From: a virus
Lineage: Duplodnaviria > Caudoviricetes
IMG/VR virus record: IMGVR_UViG_3300037780_000034
Coordinates: 64,001 to 128,000 of that record
Reading direction: 5' to 3' (one strand)
DNA: 64,000 nucleotides
Shown one piece after another: positions 39,904-50,572 of this stretch. Positions within the stretch are counted from its first letter, which is position 1, and the number at the start of each line of letters is the position of its first letter. The notes beneath the pieces are model-generated. The model saw nothing but the letters and a program-made list of their open reading frames with translations. It was not told the origin of the DNA and searched no databases. The position numbers and the translations under genes were made by a program.

Positions 39904-41349
39904 ATGAAAAATATACTACAACTACTAACGGCAATTACCCGCACCGACAGCTACAAGATGTCTCAGTGGGTCCAATATCCAAAAGATACTACTCATATCA
40001 GTTCATACATTGAAGCACGTGGTGGAGAACCAGAAAGTGTCTTTTTTGGTCTACAGGCTTTCATCAAAGAATATATGATGAATCCTATCACTATGGCAGA
40101 TATTGATTTTGCAGAACGTGTGATTACTGCTCACGGAGAACCTTTCAACCGCAAAGGTTGGGAAATCATTGTGAAAGAATACGGCGGAATGCTTCCAGTT
40201 GAAATTGAAGCAGTGCCAGAAGGCACCATTATGCCTACCAGCAACGTTCAAGTCCAACTTGTTAATACCGATCCACGACTATACTGGTTAACTTCCTACT
40301 TGGAAACCGCTATATTACGTGGTGTGTGGTATCCTTCAACGGTTGCAACAATGTCACGCAAGATGAAGAAAGTAATTGCAGAAGCACTTTATAAAACGAG
40401 TGATATTCCTGTAATGGATCAACTTTTTTTCAAACTACATGACTTTGGTGCACGTGGTGCAAGTTCTACTGAGACCGCAGTTCTTGGCGGTATGAGCCAC
40501 CTTGTAAACTTCATGGGAACGGATACCTTTGAAGGAATTATGGGAGCAATGACTTATTACAACAGTGATGTTTGTGGTTTTTCTATTCCAGCAAGTGAAC
40601 ATTCAACTATTACTAGTTGGGGCAGTGAAGGTGAAATTGAAGCGTTCAAGAACATGATTGAACAATTTGCTGGTGAAGGTAAAATCTTTGCGTGTGTAAG
40701 TGACAGTTATGACATTTATGCAGCAGCAGGGGAAAAATGGCCATCACTAAAAGAAGAACTTGTTGCAAAAGGTGGAACTCTTGTAGTTCGTCCTGACAGC
40801 GGTGATCCTTTGACTATGCCTATTGAAATCGTTAAGATTTTAATGGATAAGTTTGGTTACACTATTAACAGTAAGGGATACAAAGTTCTTCCGCCTTACA
40901 TTCGTGTTATCCAAGGTGACGGCATTGATCACACCAGTCTTCCTGTCATTGTTGAAAATATGATTGCAGAAGGTCTAAGCCTTGATAACCTTGCATTCGG
41001 TATGGGCGGTGGACTACTCCAAAAAGTTGACCGTGATACACTGAAATATGCTATGAAAGCAAGCGCGCGGCGCGATGCAAATGGTGTATGGCATGATGTA
41101 TTTAAAGACCCTATCACTGACAAAGGCAAAACTTCTAAGAAAGGCCGTTTGGGGTTGATTTACAATTGTGGATTAGGAAATTGTGGGTATCACACTGTTC
41201 CAAAAGAAGTTGCAGATGAAAAAGGAAATGTTCTACGTCCAATTTTCCGTAATGGTGAATTGCTTGTAGAAGATGACTTTGAAACCATTAGACAACGTGC
41301 GCAATTACGTGAGGAAGAATACATTCTTCAAGAAGTTGAACGGTATTAA
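39904..41349 (+). CDS. nadV: nicotinamide phosphoribosyltransferase
   Basis: TDSYK, FFGLQ, YPSTVAT, LHDFGARG, SIPASEHST, VSDSYD, RPDSGDP, IQGDG, FGMGGGLLQ, RDT, KDPITD. Confidence 0.95.
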   Translation: MKNILQLLTAITRTDSYKMSQWVQYPKDTTHISSYIEARGGEPESVFFGLQAFIKEYMMNPITMADIDFAERVITAHGEPFNRKGWEIIVKEYGGMLPVEIEAVPEGTIMPTSNVQVQLVNTDPRLYWLTSYLETAILRGVWYPSTVATMSRKMKKVIAEALYKTSDIPVMDQLFFKLHDFGARGASSTETAVLGGMSHLVNFMGTDTFEGIMGAMTYYNSDVCGFSIPASEHSTITSWGSEGEIEAFKNMIEQFAGEGKIFACVSDSYDIYAAAGEKWPSLKEELVAKGGTLVVRPDSGDPLTMPIEIVKILMDKFGYTINSKGYKVLPPYIRVIQGDGIDHTSLPVIVENMIAEGLSLDNLAFGMGGGLLQKVDRDTLKYAMKASARRDANGVWHDVFKDPITDKGKTSKKGRLGLIYNCGLGNCGYHTVPKEVADEKGNVLRPIFRNGELLVEDDFETIRQRAQLREEEYILQEVERY

Positions 41350-41359
41350 AATGAAGTAA

Positions 41360-41389
41360 GTGGGGCAGGGAAACTTGCCCCACATTTTA
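41360..41389 (+). terminator. intrinsic terminator
   Basis: GTGGGGCAGG-GAAA-CTTGCCCCAC followed by ATTTT. Confidence 0.8.
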
Positions 41390-41421
41390 TACCAAAATAA
41401 CAAAATATTGGATAAAATAAT

Positions 41422-42978
41422 TATGAAAATTGAAACTAAAGATTATTATTGGGAATGTGGTGACGGTTGTTGTAGTGAATACGCAACCATTCTTTTTATT
41501 GATGGAAAAGAAATAGAAGATCGTCGCTTTGGTGATACTCGTGACGCATATCGCTATGTGCTTGAAGAAATGTTAGGACACGAAATAGATTACATTTATG
41601 AGGATGAATAATAGTGGATTTAGAATTAGATAAAAAATTATGTGAAAAGTATCCAGAAATATTTGCGAATCGTCACAATAAAAATGAACCAATTGTTTGG
41701 GGATTCGAATGTCGTGATGGTTGGTTTATTCTTATAGATCGTTTATGTGGAATTATTCAAAACAGAATAAAATATAATCCAGAAACGCCTCAAGTAGTTG
41801 CTATACAAGTAAAAGAAAAGTTTGGAAGACTTCGTTTTTATTATAGTGGTGGTGATGATTACATAAGGGGAGCAGTAGATTTAGCAGAATATTGCAGTGG
41901 AAACATTTGTGAAAGCTGTGGAACAAAATCTATTGTGAAAGACAGAGAAGGATGGTATACTAGCATATGTGATGAATGCATTAAGGATATAAAATGAACA
42001 AAAATTTAAAAGCAGAAACTACTATTATGCTTCCTAAATGGATTGATAAAATTTTATGGAAATTTGGGGCAAATAAACGTAAGCGTATTCTGAAATTTTT
42101 TGGGTTTTGGACAGTTGAAGATGAACTTTTTGAAATTCTTTCAGAAGAAATTCGTCACGAGATTGATAATGAAATTTTAGAAAATATTTTACTATCAAAA
42201 AATACACAAGGAGATCATAATTCAGAAGATTATGTAAAATGGATGGCAGAAGTATGGAAAGCCAATGATGAACGAAATAAATTGTAATCATTGTGGAACA
42301 AAAATTAAGTTTATTGGGTATACTGGATATCCCATATATTATTTAGGTTCTGGTCCAGATAATCCTCAAGATGCAGAAGTATTTTTCTGTGGTCCTTACT
42401 GCTCCACGCATTACGTTATAAATAAAAAAGAAAAAAAGGAATAACATTGTTTGAAGTTGTGCATATACCAGAACAAAATTATATAAGTTTTTGGGAAATA
42501 AATTATAAATGTAAAGATTATATTCGCAAAGATAATAAAGGAAATATAAAATTATCCAAAGAAATGTATAGTTGGTTAAACGAAAATGTATCAAAATGGT
42601 CTGTTCATTTTGAATTTTATCACGAATACGATATATCAAAAATAATTATAAAATTTTCAAATGAAGAAGAAATGAACAGTTTTGTAGAAAAATGGAATTT
42701 AAATGACTAAACATATAATACACGTAAATCGTCAACATATCGCTATGAATGCAAAAGATGGAAAAAATCGTCCAGTATATACTATAAAATCTGGAAACAA
42801 AATAAGATATGCTCGTGAAGTTTTCATTGACGGGCCATCAAAACTGGTATATAATGGTAGTCAATTAAGTTGTGGTGCACGTGCTTGGATTACAACAGAT
42901 TCAGAAATCATTTTGATTGATGAAATGACATTTAAGGAAGCGAGAAATATTGATGAAATGGAATCCACAACAGGATAA
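41422..42978 (+). CDS. small hypothetical proteins (41422-41611, 41614-41997, 41994-42287, 42447-42710, 42703-42978)
   Basis: tiled ORFs; the 41614 ORF carries a phage-typical DGW...QVKEKFGRLRFY pattern. Confidence 0.5.
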
Positions 42979-44047
42979 TGCTTTAAAAGAAGTAGAAAAA
43001 TGGTTTAAAACAGAAAGTAAAGTAAAACCTATATTTAGAATTTTCGGATTTGCGGGGTCAGGTAAGTCAACTTTAGCCCGTCATTTTGCAGAACATATAA
43101 ATGGAACAGTGTGCTATGCCGCATATACTGGAAAAGCTGCTCTTGTAATGAGGAAAAATGGATGCGTTGGTGCATCTACCATACACAGATTAATTTATAA
43201 AGTAAATCAAGATTCAAAAGGTAATATATCTTTTTCATTAAATAGAGCAAGTGCATTAACGAAAGCATCATTGTTAATTATAGACGAATGCTCTATGGTA
43301 GATGAAAAAATTGCAAAAGACTTGCTTTCATTTAAAGTGCCAATACTTGTATTAGGAGACCCCGCACAGTTACCTCCCGTGAAAGGAGAAGGATATTTTA
43401 CTAACGAAGTTCCAGATGTTATGTTAACTGAAATTCATAGACAAGCTTCTGACAATCCTATTATTTTTCTTGCAAACAAAGTTCGCAATGGTGAAAAACT
43501 AAATTACGGTGACTATGGTGAAAGTAGAATCGTGTCTGAACTTGCAGATGAAATGATTTTTGAAGCTGATCAAGTGTTAGTAGGTAGAAATAATACAAGA
43601 GAAACTTTTAATTCATATGTAAGAAATACTTGTGGAATAAAAGACCTTTATCCCATAGAAAATGAAAAATTAATTTGTTTAAAGAATGATCATAACATTG
43701 GCATATACAATGGAGGCATGTTTACTGTAACGCAGAAATATAATAAAAATTATGATAGTGATTATTGTGTTTTAGGGGTATTAAATGATGATGAAGAATC
43801 ACATCCTTTATATGTAAATGTTCATAATAGTTTTTTTAATCCACTTTATAAAAAACCACATTGGGGTAAACTAAAAGATACACAGCAATTTACGTTTGGA
43901 TATACTATTACAGTAAACAAATCTCAAGGATCGCAATGGGAAAATTGCACAATTATAGATGAATCTTGGTGTTTTCGTGAAGATTGGAACAAATGGTTAT
44001 ATACTGCTATTACACGAGCATCCGAAAAGGTAACAATAATAAAATGA
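42950..44047 (+). CDS. SF1B (Dda/RecD-like) helicase
   Basis: GFAGSGKST, IIDECSMV, GDPAQLPPV, HRQ, TVNKSQGSQW, YTAITRA. Confidence 0.92.
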   Translation: MMKWNPQQDNALKEVEKWFKTESKVKPIFRIFGFAGSGKSTLARHFAEHINGTVCYAAYTGKAALVMRKNGCVGASTIHRLIYKVNQDSKGNISFSLNRASALTKASLLIIDECSMVDEKIAKDLLSFKVPILVLGDPAQLPPVKGEGYFTNEVPDVMLTEIHRQASDNPIIFLANKVRNGEKLNYGDYGESRIVSELADEMIFEADQVLVGRNNTRETFNSYVRNTCGIKDLYPIENEKLICLKNDHNIGIYNGGMFTVTQKYNKNYDSDYCVLGVLNDDEESHPLYVNVHNSFFNPLYKKPHWGKLKDTQQFTFGYTITVNKSQGSQWENCTIIDESWCFREDWNKWLYTAITRASEKVTIIK

Positions 44048-44319
44048 ATGAAACTGATATACAAAATATGGCAGATACTGTTAATACGTGGTTGCAAGAA
44101 GCACCAGAACGTGATAAAATGCTTTTTGTAAAATCTACTAAAAAAGAATTAATAGTATATCATAATACGCTTGGAAGAAAAATTAGAAATTATTTTGAAT
44201 TGTGGAAAAATGAATATACTCCAATTATAGAAAACGGGATAGATATCTCTGAAAATCATCCAGATCAAATAAGTATGAAAGTAATAGAAAAAGTATGGGA
44301 AATGAATAAAAATGAATAA
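44044..44319 (+). CDS. hypothetical protein
   Basis: YHNTLGRKIRN...HPD pattern; likely start ATG 44044. Confidence 0.5.
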   Translation: MNETDIQNMADTVNTWLQEAPERDKMLFVKSTKKELIVYHNTLGRKIRNYFELWKNEYTPIIENGIDISENHPDQISMKVIEKVWEMNKNE

Positions 44320-44821
44320 TGCAATTATTATGGCAGGAATTCCAGGTAGTGGTAAAAGCACCATTCGTGAAAAGTTTATTAAAAAACTTGATGATTTTGT
44401 TTTTATATACAGCACGGATGATTATATTGAAGATATAGCAAATATACAAGGATCATCTTATAATGATGTCTGGGATACTTATATTCGTGAAGCAACAGAA
44501 ATTCAAAATCAACGACTTGCTGATGAAATATCAAAAGGAACAGATGTTCTTTGGGATCAAACAAATGTTTCTGTTAAAAAAAGAAAATGGGCTATCTCTA
44601 AATTTCCAAAATATTACTCAATAAAATGTGTATGTATTGTTCCTCCACGTAATAAAGATGAAGAAAACGAGTTGTTTACCAGACTAGAAAATAGAAAAGG
44701 AAAACACATACCAAATCATATTATTGCAAATATGATTAATAGCTTTGCAATTCCTGAAAAAATTGAAGGTTTTGATGAAGTTATATTATATAATATATAC
44801 GGAGATAAGATAAATGAGTAG
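44312..44821 (+). CDS. P-loop polynucleotide kinase-like (AAA_33)
   Basis: MAGIPGSGKST, STDD, WDQTNVS..KR. Confidence 0.8.
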   Translation: MNNAIIMAGIPGSGKSTIREKFIKKLDDFVFIYSTDDYIEDIANIQGSSYNDVWDTYIREATEIQNQRLADEISKGTDVLWDQTNVSVKKRKWAISKFPKYYSIKCVCIVPPRNKDEENELFTRLENRKGKHIPNHIIANMINSFAIPEKIEGFDEVILYNIYGDKINE

Positions 44822-45383
44822 AGATATATGGGTTAGTAGTGATTTGCACTTGTTTCACAGTAATATTTTAACTTTTACAGATTCGGAAGGAAAAAAAGTT
44901 CGTCCAGAATTTTCTAATGTAAAAGAAATGAATGAACATATATTGGAAATGCATAATTCTGTTGTAAAGAAAGGAGATATTCATTATTGTTTAGGCGATG
45001 TATTCATCGGTGATCGTGAAGAATTTAAAAAGTTTTGGCCAAAGTTTAATGGCAGTAAACGTTTGATCGTGGGGAATCATGATCACATAAAATTTTTATC
45101 TACTGGTGGATTTTTTAATAAAATTCAAATGTGGCGTATGTTTCCTGAATTTGGGTTAATGTTTAGTCACGTTCCTTTGCATACTAGTTCTATGATGAGA
45201 CACGTAGACAAAACAAAAAGTTATGCAGAAGGATGCAAGGTTCTATACGGAATCCACGGACATATACATCAAAATAAAAGTCCAGAAGGCCCATATCGTA
45301 ATGTATCAATGGAGGTTATAAATTATACACCAGTTCACATTGAAGATTTAATACAAGAAGCAAAAAATTATTTTAAGGATTAA
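44814..45383 (+). CDS. calcineurin-like metallophosphoesterase
   Basis: SDLHLFH, LGDV, GNHD, SHVP, HGHIH. Confidence 0.9.
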   Translation: MSRDIWVSSDLHLFHSNILTFTDSEGKKVRPEFSNVKEMNEHILEMHNSVVKKGDIHYCLGDVFIGDREEFKKFWPKFNGSKRLIVGNHDHIKFLSTGGFFNKIQMWRMFPEFGLMFSHVPLHTSSMMRHVDKTKSYAEGCKVLYGIHGHIHQNKSPEGPYRNVSMEVINYTPVHIEDLIQEAKNYFKD

Positions 45384-45547
45384 TAATATGGAAATTATTT
45401 TACACTACGTGCTACCAAATATTTTATTATTTACCAGTATATACGCAATAGCTAAATTATGCGAATTCATTATGTGGGAAATGATTTTGTTTATTTCTGA
45501 TCCGTGTGATGATCATAAAATAGGAAGGTTCTTAGACAAAATAGGGG

Positions 45548-45576
45548 TTGACAACAGCACACAGCAGTGATACTTG
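45548..45576 (+). promoter_or_regulatory. sigma70-type promoter
   Basis: TTGACA-17nt-(TG)TACTTG. Confidence 0.5.
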
Positions 45577-45626
45577 TTTGGTAGTCAAGCAGACGTATCT
45601 ACCAACCCATCCTGAAAGGAAAACCA

Positions 45627-45815
45627 ATGGAAACTTTTGCAATCATCACAGTAGCAGTTATCGCCACGTTTTTTGTATTTGGTGCTTACAAAATGTTTAT
45701 GTTCTTCAAAAATGACAACTCGTATAATCGTTATGAATACAAGATTGTTGATGTAGACGGAAATCTGGTTGAAAAGGTGATTGATACCCACGACCCAGAA
45801 TACAAAGACAACTAA
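45627..45815 (+). CDS. small membrane protein, monocistronic
   Basis: N-terminal TM helix; own promoter, SD GAAAGGA and terminator. Confidence 0.6.
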   Translation: METFAIITVAVIATFFVFGAYKMFMFFKNDNSYNRYEYKIVDVDGNLVEKVIDTHDPEYKDN

Positions 45816-45825
45816 ATATGTCAAA

Positions 45826-45853
45826 AATAAGGGGCAGTATTGCCCCTTATTTA
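45826..45853 (+). terminator. intrinsic terminator
   Basis: AATAAGGGGCA-GTAT-TGCCCCTTATT. Confidence 0.8.
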
Positions 45854-45872
45854 ATTATGAAAGAAGCTCTAT

Positions 45873-46766
45873 ATGACAGATAGAAAATTAACTGATATTT
45901 TTGTTGTGCCACCAATAAGCGTATTAGATGTAAAGCAAAAATATTGGAAAGATAGAAGAAAAAAATGGTTAGAATTAGGAATTCAAAGTGAGTTGGGCAG
46001 AAATGAAAATTTGCTAAAACTTTCAGATTTAATGAGTAAAAAACAAAAATCAACATCTATTTTTGATCCCGTTCTTTGCGAAATAATGTATCTATGGTTT
46101 ACAACCGAAAATGATTATGTAATAGACCCATTCTGCGGTGGTTCTGTTAGAGGAATAATTGCTTCACAACTAAAAAGAAATTATGTAGGAATTGATATAC
46201 GCAAAGAACAGTTGGCGCATAATGAAGAACAAAGTAAAAAGTTATGTATCGGTCATATGCCACGATGGATAGAAGCAGATGGCATTACAAAAGAATTAGA
46301 TGAAAAATTTGATTTCTTTTTTACTTGTCCTCCATATTATGATTTAGAAAAATATTCAGATCAAGAAAATGATCTTTCAAATATGAATCCAAAAACATTT
46401 GAACGTCTATATGAAGATATAATAAGATACCATCTTTCAAATTTAAATGACAACAGATTTGCTGCAATTGTAGTAGGTGACGTTCGTGATAAAAACGGAT
46501 TTTATTTAAAATTTCCTCACAAAACTGTTGAAATATTTGAACGTGCAGGATTAAAACTTTATAACGATATGGTTATATTGCAAGAACCTGCTACTGCAGC
46601 AATGAGGTCATTTAACTATATGAACAGTAGTAGAAAAATTGCAAAATGTCATCAAAATGTTTTAATATTTGTAAAAGGTGACTCTATACAAGCAACGAGT
46701 CGCTTGCCGATTTTCAAAGAACATAAAGAAAATACAGTTTTCAATAATTTGTTTACTACATTGTAA
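45873..46766 (+). CDS. alpha-order N6A/N4C DNA methyltransferase
   Basis: SIFDPVLCE, IDPFCGGSVRG (motif I), FTCPPYYDLEKYS (motif IV). Confidence 0.85.
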   Translation: MTDRKLTDIFVVPPISVLDVKQKYWKDRRKKWLELGIQSELGRNENLLKLSDLMSKKQKSTSIFDPVLCEIMYLWFTTENDYVIDPFCGGSVRGIIASQLKRNYVGIDIRKEQLAHNEEQSKKLCIGHMPRWIEADGITKELDEKFDFFFTCPPYYDLEKYSDQENDLSNMNPKTFERLYEDIIRYHLSNLNDNRFAAIVVGDVRDKNGFYLKFPHKTVEIFERAGLKLYNDMVILQEPATAAMRSFNYMNSSRKIAKCHQNVLIFVKGDSIQATSRLPIFKEHKENTVFNNLFTTL

Positions 46767-46802
46767 ATATCTTAGTGTGTATTAAACACGTAGGAGTGAG
46801 CA

Positions 46803-48020
46803 ATGATAGATAAAAAGTATTTTAAAAATATTATTGATGAATATAAAAAAGATGGCAGATATCGTGTATTCAATAATGTAGTTCGTGAACAAGGTAATTT
46901 TCCCAAAAATATATGGTATGGCAGATATAATATAACTGAAATTGTAAATTGGTGTAGTAATGACTATTTGGGTATGGGTCAAAACAAATTTGTTATAGAT
47001 TCAATGCATACTGCACTCAATAAAACAGGAGCAGGGAGCGGAGGAACAAGAAACATTAGTGGAACTTCGCATTATCATATAACATTAGAAAAAGAACTTG
47101 CTTCATTACATAGAAAACAAAGTGCTTTACTTTTTTCTAGTGCATATGTTGCAAATGAATGGACCCTGATAACACTTGGAAATATAATACCAAATATAGT
47201 TTTTATAAGTGATAGTAAAAATCACGCAAGCTTAATACAAGGAATTCGCCATAGCAGATGCGAAAAACATATTTGGAAACACAATGATTTAACTCACTTA
47301 GAAGAATTACTACAAAAGACACAATCAGAGGGAAAAACCCCTTGCATAGTGTTTGAAAGTGTGTATAGTATGGATGGAGACATATCACCAATTGAATCCA
47401 TATGCGATCTTGCAGACAAATACGAAGCAATAACGTATATAGACGAAGTTCATGCTGTTGGATTATATGGTGATACCGGAGCGGGATACTTAGAAAAACT
47501 AAAGCTACAAGATAGAATTGATATAATAAATGGAACACTTGGGAAAGCATTTGGAGTCATAGGAGGATATATAGCAGGAGACGAAGAAATATTAGATGCA
47601 ATAAGATTAAAGTCAAGCGGATTTATATTTACAACAAGTTTACCTCCTGTTATATGTGCTGGTGCAATAGCTAGTATAAAATATTTAAAAGATCACAATG
47701 AATTAAGATTGGACCATCAAAGTAAGGTAAAACATTTTAAAAATATGCTACAAGATCAAAACATAGAAATACATAAAACAACAAGCACACATATAATACC
47801 AGTTATGATAAAAGATGCAAAACTATGTAAAGATATAAGTGACAGATTGTTAGAAAAACACGGAATTTACTCACAAGCAATACAATATCCAACAGTTTCA
47901 GTAGGACAAGAAAGATTAAGATTTATACCGACGCCATTACATACTGATACAATGTTGTTACAGTGCATAGAGGCTTTGGATGAATGTTTTCGGAATTTTA
48001 ACATAAACAGGAATGCGTAG
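46803..48020 (+). CDS. hemA: 5-aminolevulinate synthase (C4/Shemin pathway)
   Basis: [72 protein letters not shown]. Confidence 0.92.
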   Translation: MIDKKYFKNIIDEYKKDGRYRVFNNVVREQGNFPKNIWYGRYNITEIVNWCSNDYLGMGQNKFVIDSMHTALNKTGAGSGGTRNISGTSHYHITLEKELASLHRKQSALLFSSAYVANEWTLITLGNIIPNIVFISDSKNHASLIQGIRHSRCEKHIWKHNDLTHLEELLQKTQSEGKTPCIVFESVYSMDGDISPIESICDLADKYEAITYIDEVHAVGLYGDTGAGYLEKLKLQDRIDIINGTLGKAFGVIGGYIAGDEEILDAIRLKSSGFIFTTSLPPVICAGAIASIKYLKDHNELRLDHQSKVKHFKNMLQDQNIEIHKTTSTHIIPVMIKDAKLCKDISDRLLEKHGIYSQAIQYPTVSVGQERLRFIPTPLHTDTMLLQCIEALDECFRNFNINRNA

Positions 48021-48155
48021 TATGAACGATTATGAACCAAATGACCAATTTCCACCTATAGAAGGAAATAATACAAGAATTGCAGGACCACTCATTTTTA
48101 TCTTCTCAATTGTAATTTTTGTTTTAGTTTTGATATTTTAGTAAAGGATTGGTAA

Positions 48156-48709
48156 ATGAAATTTACTACAACTGAAAACAAATCGTATAGACATAAAATC
48201 GGATATGTCCCAAAACCTTGGATTGAGTATACTTTCAAACCTTATGAAGAATATGAAGATATTTATAAAAGTTCAATCATAAAGTATTTTTACGATAATA
48301 TTAAGTTGTATGATTGGGATATATGTGGTGATGAAACTCACGATTTTGTATTTGAAGATGGAAAAGCATTTCGTCTTGAATATAGTTGGTGGAGTGAATG
48401 GTATCACGAAGATGATGAAAAAAATGGTCTGAAAGATGAATACAACATAACAGAAATATCAATAGAAGAAGCAACCGTTCCAGAAAAAAAGGTAGGAAGA
48501 AATTGGATATAAAATATGAGCCAACAGAAGGTTTAATTGTATCAATAGAAAATCTAAAAAAAGATTTTTTAAATGCAGAAACTACATATGATAAATACAA
48601 AGCTTTTGAAAAAGCAATAGAATGGATTAAATCAAGTGACGAAATAAAATGGTATTTGTCAGAAAAATACAAAGAAACACTAGTAAAGTTAGATAGATAT
48701 GAAAAATAG
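48156..48709 (+). CDS. two hypothetical proteins (48156-48512, 48503-48709)
   Basis: tiled ORFs. Confidence 0.5.
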
Positions 48710-49181
48710 AATATTTCTAGACCTTGATGGGGTAATGGCAGACTTTGAAGGTCATTTTCAAAGTTATTTTGGAACACGTCACGATTCATTTTCAGATTTT
48801 GAAATGTGGAGAAAGATAGAATCATATAAAACTTTTTTTCTTGATCTTCCTGTTATGGATGGTGCTTTAGAGTTTTTCGATAGTATCAAGCATCTTAATC
48901 CTATTATTCTTACAGCTTGTCCCAAAACAAGCTATAATGTGAGTGCAATACAAAAGAAACAATGGGTTAAAATGAATTTATCTAAAGATATTTTAATTCT
49001 TCCTGTTCTTGGTGGAAAAAATAAAGCATTATTTATGCAAAATCAAGGTGATATTCTGATTGATGATTTCAAAAAGAATTGCGATTCTTGGACGAATTAT
49101 GGAGGAAACGCAATCCTTCATAGTAATTTCGTTGATACAACAAAACAACTTACTAATTTAATGGAAAATAACGATGGGTAG
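48699..49181 (+). CDS. HAD-family 5'(3')-deoxyribonucleotidase
   Basis: FLDLDGVMADF, ILTA, QKKQW, LIDD. Confidence 0.85.
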   Translation: MKNRIFLDLDGVMADFEGHFQSYFGTRHDSFSDFEMWRKIESYKTFFLDLPVMDGALEFFDSIKHLNPIILTACPKTSYNVSAIQKKQWVKMNLSKDILILPVLGGKNKALFMQNQGDILIDDFKKNCDSWTNYGGNAILHSNFVDTTKQLTNLMENNDG

Positions 49182-50067
49182 AAATATTTTTGATGTAATA
49201 CAAGATAGAACATTGTGTCAACCGCCAAAATGGTTGCCACAAAATTTGCACTATTGTGTAATAACTGGATCGGTATCATATGCTGTTTCCAGCGATACAA
49301 GTGATATGGATGTCGTTGGATTTTGCATTCCTCCAAAAGAAATGATATTTCCGCATCTTCGTGGAGAAATTTTAGGATTTGGAACTCAAATTTCACGATT
49401 TGAAAATTGGCAGCAACATCATATTATTGATAAGTCTTCAAAACAAGAATATGATTTTAGTATATATTCTATTGTTAAATTCTTTCATCTTGCAATGGAA
49501 AATAATCCAAATATGGTTGATATTATTTTTACTCCGCAAAGGTGTGTATTATACTGTTCTCCGGTTGGACAGCTTGTTCGTGATAATAGAAAAATGTTTC
49601 TACATAAAGGTTCTTATCACAAGATGCGTGGATACTCCTATTCGCAATTACATAAAATAGGAACAAAAGCTAATTCTTCAAATCCAAAACGTCAAGAAAG
49701 CATTGAAAAATATGGGTATGATGTTAAATTTGGATACCACATTGTAAGACTTCTATTAGAAGCAGAACAAATTCTTATAGAACACGATCTGGATATAGAA
49801 AGAAATAGCGAAATATTAAAATCTATTCGTCGGGGAGAATGGTCTGAACAAAAACTTCGTAGTTGGTTTGACGAAAAAGAAAAACATCTTGAAGAACTTT
49901 ACATTAAAAGTGATTTAAGATCGTATCCAAATGAAGAAGAAATAAAACAATTATTATTGACTTGTTTGGAACAACATTACGGATCATTAGATAATGCAAT
50001 CAAACGAGAAGTTCCGGTAGAAAAACTAATTAACGAATTAAAATTAATTGTTGAAAAATACTCATAA
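49174..50067 (+). CDS. Pol-beta superfamily nucleotidyltransferase (RlaP/YcgL-like)
   Basis: GSVSYAVSSDTSDMD, NPNMVD, KFGYHIVRLL. Confidence 0.8.
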   Translation: MGRNIFDVIQDRTLCQPPKWLPQNLHYCVITGSVSYAVSSDTSDMDVVGFCIPPKEMIFPHLRGEILGFGTQISRFENWQQHHIIDKSSKQEYDFSIYSIVKFFHLAMENNPNMVDIIFTPQRCVLYCSPVGQLVRDNRKMFLHKGSYHKMRGYSYSQLHKIGTKANSSNPKRQESIEKYGYDVKFGYHIVRLLLEAEQILIEHDLDIERNSEILKSIRRGEWSEQKLRSWFDEKEKHLEELYIKSDLRSYPNEEEIKQLLLTCLEQHYGSLDNAIKREVPVEKLINELKLIVEKYS

Positions 50068-50071
50068 CTAC

Positions 50072-50110
50072 GTATTGACATTGTGACACTATGTGTTATA
50101 GTGTCAATAC
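50072..50110 (+). promoter_or_regulatory. sigma70-type promoter embedded in nested inverted repeats
   Basis: TTGACA(50075)-16nt-TATAGT; TGACACTAT/ATAGTGTCA and GTATTGACA/TGTCAATAC arms. Confidence 0.6.
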
Positions 50111-50134
50111 ACCAATTAGAAAAGAGATTTCATC

Positions 50135-50572
50135 ATGATAGAAAATATTTATGATTTTAAATATGACAAAAAATCAATATCAGCAATTATAAGTTCTATC
50201 AAAGTATTAGAACGAGAACTTGGTCCTATCGGTAAAGAAAAACTGATTAATATGTTGGATGCTTTTGATCCTGAATTGAAATTAGATATTTTGACGTTTT
50301 ACGTTATTGGTGAAAGCAGTTGTAAAATGGTTTTCAATATCGGCAAAAAAGCAAATACAAAAAGAGAAGATCGTAAAATCATCAATGCAATCAAAGAAGT
50401 TCGGTCAATTAGTGGACTTGGATTACGAGAAGCAAAAGATATTATTGATGAAGTTGAAAATAAAAATGGATTTGTAGAATTAAGAATAAATCGTGATTTT
50501 GATCATGATTATTCAATCGTTCACGATAATTTTATTAACTCAATGTATAAATGGGGTTATGAAGTTGTCTAA
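50135..50572 (+). CDS. protein with a ribosomal bL12 C-terminal-like domain
   Basis: KIINAIKEVRSISGLGLREAKDIIDE. Confidence 0.65.
   Translation: MIENIYDFKYDKKSISAIISSIKVLERELGPIGKEKLINMLDAFDPELKLDILTFYVIGESSCKMVFNIGKKANTKREDRKIINAIKEVRSISGLGLREAKDIIDEVENKNGFVELRINRDFDHDYSIVHDNFINSMYKWGYEVV

Noticed and set aside
46803-48020. BioF/Kbl rather than ALAS
   Set aside because: DGRYRVF, GTRNISG and WCSNDYLGM are ALAS-type signatures.
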